Shown: piece after piece, positions 61,901 to 64,000 of the stretch
Layout: each line of letters starts with the position of its first letter
How positions within the stretch are numbered: the first letter of the stretch is position 1
Assembly: GCF_040938485.1 (NCBI RefSeq)
Contig: NW_027271406.1
Coordinates: 1,054,001 to 1,118,000, forward strand
Reading direction: 5' to 3'
Length of the DNA stretch: 64,000 nt
DNA from: Diadema antillarum
Taxonomy: Eukaryota
The notes under the pieces: generated by a model
Database searches by the model: none
What the model was told of the DNA's origin: nothing
The model's input: the letters and a program-made list of their open reading frames with translations, nothing else
Made by a program: the position numbers and the translations under genes

Positions 61901-63832
61901 CTGCTGGTGGATGGAGATGATTTGGCTGGTGTTGCCATGGTAACAGCATCATCACGCTCAACATCGTCATTACTGTCATCAGCATCAGGCGGAGGCTGGT
62001 AGCTTGGGTCAATGTTCTCTTCATTGGAACGATTCAAGGCCGATGTGGAGGAAGAGGATGATGAGGAGTGGACTCCAGTAAAACTGGAATCAGATGCATC
62101 ACCAACATCCTGGGGGCGATCTCCAAGAGCTTTGGGTCTCTCTGGGGAGGACATGGAGTCCGATGCATAAGATGCGATCTTGTTCCTGGTGCTCTGGTAG
62201 TTTGACCTCTTCTGAACAGAAGACACAAGAAAATACGTTCTTTCATCTCTTTTATCTTAAATTCAGCTTTTTCTCAATAGTTGACTCTTTTTTCCCCTCT
62301 GACAGATGTTTTATCATGGTTCAAAATTTTCATGAGCTTTACCATAATCATACTTCATTTTTGTTCTGCTTATTAAGAATGAATATCAAAATGACAGTAG
62401 ATCATATGTATTCAAGTAATTCAAGCATCTATCAACAACAACAACAACAACAAAATCTATCCAAAAAAAACAAAAATTAGGCTCACATTCAATAACTGTA
62501 TCATACTCTAGAAACAAAAAAGAAAATCTACATTTTCTTAGGAACCTCAAACAACAGCAACACATTAATCACCAGTTACCTATTGGTCTTTATTGGTCAG
62601 GCATACAATTACAACAATACTTGAAGGATTTAAACTTCACAACATGAAAAATGGCCTTTTGCCTAATGTCAGTCAGTAAGTGAAGTGAACCAGTCATATC
62701 TGATGTACAGCTTACAAACCATATTTCTTTAATAAATGAGGCTCCACAAATATCTCATAAATGAAAACTGAATAGAGCATGGTTTCACATCTTGATGTTT
62801 GAAGACACAAACTAGGTATGACAATGCAACCATGGACTGTGTTGTGGACATTCTTATAGCATGCACACCCAGGCAAACTGATGTGTTATAAACACTGAGT
62901 GAAGATCGATGACGTACTGTACCTGAACTCACCTGCAACTTTCGCTTCGGAGTCTGTGACTCATCTGGCCTCTGTCGAAAGTCTGATACAAAATCTCCAT
63001 CTTCACCTTCAACTGCTTGCTGGAGGATCTGGGGACTGTACTTGGCCCTTTTCTTACCACCCTTCTTGCTTGCTTTATCCTGGTCCTTAGTGGGACTTCC
63101 ATCGCTAGTCTCTTTGCTGTTTTGCCTCTTAGCATCCTCTTGGCAAAGTTTCAGAATGTGCTGTCTGAAAATGAAATATCGACATGTATGATCTTACTGC
63201 CCTTACAAAAGCATGGAGGTGTCGACCTAATATGGATCCTTTGTACCACTTTTCTCTGGCATTTTTTTCATAGCTGTGGAGAAATGCCGAGCATGTCTTC
63301 TGTCTCTCCTCTGAAAAATAATGCTTCAACAGGATCCCTAGTTGTTTGTCCTCACTCTCAAGCAACTTGAAAGGATTGTTAGAAATGGCTTCAGCATTTC
63401 AGTATAAATGACCGGTACTTGTTAATCGCAGACTACAGTTACTACTCTTGTTACCGAGTTATACTGATGTAACGACTACCAGTATTATTCTGAAGTGTGT
63501 TGTTATTGTCTCCTACCACCAGTCTAGACAGAGCTATACAATGACTTCTCCAGGAACAAGAACTGATCTAATTCTACATTAATGCATTACCCGAGCCATG
63601 TCCAATACAGTACCATTTCTATTGTCTTTCCTGCATTGACTTAACAGCACTGTGATCCAGACTAGCTGATCCAAACCAGATGTGGTACCATAAAATTACC
63701 TGACAGCCTTGAAATTGGACACTAGCTCATCCAGACTTCTGTTGTTGCAGAGCGCAGCTGCCTCAACAGGAGTGTTGCATGTTGGACACAGGTTCTTGTA
63801 ATTCAAGTAGCGGCGGATGCATATCGAGCAAT
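49904..63832 (-). CDS. RAD18: E3 ubiquitin-protein ligase RAD18 (5' exons outside the window)
   Basis: Exons (minus): 63700-63832 (second half of RING: CSICIRRYLNYKNLCPTC...NNRSLDELV), 62933-63164, 61839-62211, 61273-61372 (UBZ4: ECPVCGVPILEKHVNTHLDFCL), 59363-59471 (KRKPLPK, SAP: SERELRKKLKEHGLNTQGNK), 58111-58257 (QEFTLMYNAQCDA), 55251-55311, 53383-54042, 51867-52000, 50467-50537, 49904-50054 (basic tail, TGA). RING-UBZ-SAP order and the MYNAQCD motif are diagnostic for RAD18. Phases are consistent. The C-terminal exons are inferred from phase and splice signals rather than homology. Confidence 0.93.
51128..51628 (+). mobile_element. DINE/Helentron-like element family F, copy 1
   Basis: Starts TTACCTCCGCCAAGG, ends CTTGGCGGAGGTCTGCGCTCTCAGAGTGCTTTCTAGTT (sub-TIR plus 3' hairpin). 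Homologous to 54791-55224, 56240-58006 and 20327-20739. Confidence 0.75.
52587..53360. mobile_element. piggyBac-like non-autonomous element (774 bp)
   Basis: TTAA|CCCTAACTTACCTGGG ... CCCAGGTAAGTTAGGG|TTAA: perfect 16-bp TIRs with a TTAA TSD. Confidence 0.85.
54791..55224 (+). mobile_element. Family F copy 2
   Basis: Same termini and body as 51128-51628. Confidence 0.75.
56020..56173 (-). mobile_element. tRNA-derived SINE 5' portion
   Basis: Minus strand shows A box TGGCCGAATGG and B box GGTTCAAGTCC, followed by the body GTGTACTTAGGCAAGGAACTT. No tRNA acceptor stem closure. Confidence 0.7.
56240..58006 (+). mobile_element. Family F copy 3, interrupted by the nested family G element
   Basis: F sequence breaks after GAGGTTGATGAC (~56572) and resumes at AACAAAAGGCTTCTA (~57855). 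Confidence 0.75.
56573..57853. mobile_element. Helentron/DINE-like family G with ~7 tandem units of ~160 bp
   Basis: Sub-TIR ATACCCCCGCC (~56597) / GGCGGGGGTAT (~57842), (GACC/GCCC)n microsatellite at ~57778-57810. The unit core GTTACCATGGCAAC recurs near 56667, 56828, 56995, 57158, 57322, 57482 and 57641. Confidence 0.75.
58468..59153. mobile_element. TIR element family C (686 bp, intact)
   Basis: TIR GTGACCCTGCACCTCAAAAC / GTTTTGAGGTGCACGGTCAC, flanked by AAAT on both sides (4-bp TSD). Superfamily uncertain. Confidence 0.7.
60197..61188. mobile_element. Helentron/DINE-like family K with ~140-bp TTGACCTTTGACC tandem units
   Basis: Sub-TIR ATGCCTCC (~60225) / GGAGGCAT (~61178), terminal hairpin GCCTCCG-GCACCACTTCGTGG-CGGAGGC, (GGAC/AGAC)n microsatellite. 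A decayed relative lies at ~24220-24620. Confidence 0.7.
61385..61546 (-). mobile_element. 5'-truncated SINE 3' end with (ATT)n tail
   Basis: Minus strand ...GCGCTATATAAAAACCAGCT(ATT)n, with a 7-bp TSD GATATAA at 61378-61384 and 61547-61553. Confidence 0.75.
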
Positions 63833-64000
63833 CTAGAGAAATATGCATTGCATGTATATTACATACATTGTAATATCATTTTTCTTTTCTCCTGGGCTTT
63901 TACACAAACTTGCATTCCAGATATTTCTATATCAATGAACAGATCAACATGGAGTGTGTAATAATTATGACAGGTGGTAGAATTTTGCATGAATGTGTGG

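Overview
Intron-rich animal genomic DNA, AT-rich and crowded with transposons. The repeat families suggest a marine invertebrate, possibly an echinoderm or other deuterostome (inference). Three protein-coding genes can be rebuilt exon by exon with consistent splice phases: (1) an ASB13-like ankyrin-repeat/SOCS-box gene on the minus strand (6 coding exons, 3241-12378, 295 aa); (2) a complete PRPF18/Prp18 splicing-factor gene on the plus strand (10 exons, 32290-43625, 346 aa); (3) RAD18 on the minus strand (11 exons in the window, 49904-63832, 5' end outside the window). The rest is decayed LINEs (L1/Tx1, CR1/L2), SINEs, a Gypsy pol fragment, several MITE families with visible target-site duplications (TSDs), Helentron/DINE-like elements carrying internal tandem arrays, and a 230-N assembly gap. 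The most notable observations are: a U12-type intron and an adjacent duplicated 3' splice site with a premature stop in PRPF18; two inverted 760-bp MULE-like MITEs around the PRPF18 promoter, each with a divergent promoter-plus-donor layout; a SINE that displaced the polypyrimidine tract of the RAD18 UBZ exon; and a Gypsy fragment nested in a Helentron-like element. All coordinates and alignments were worked out by hand, and no database search was run.
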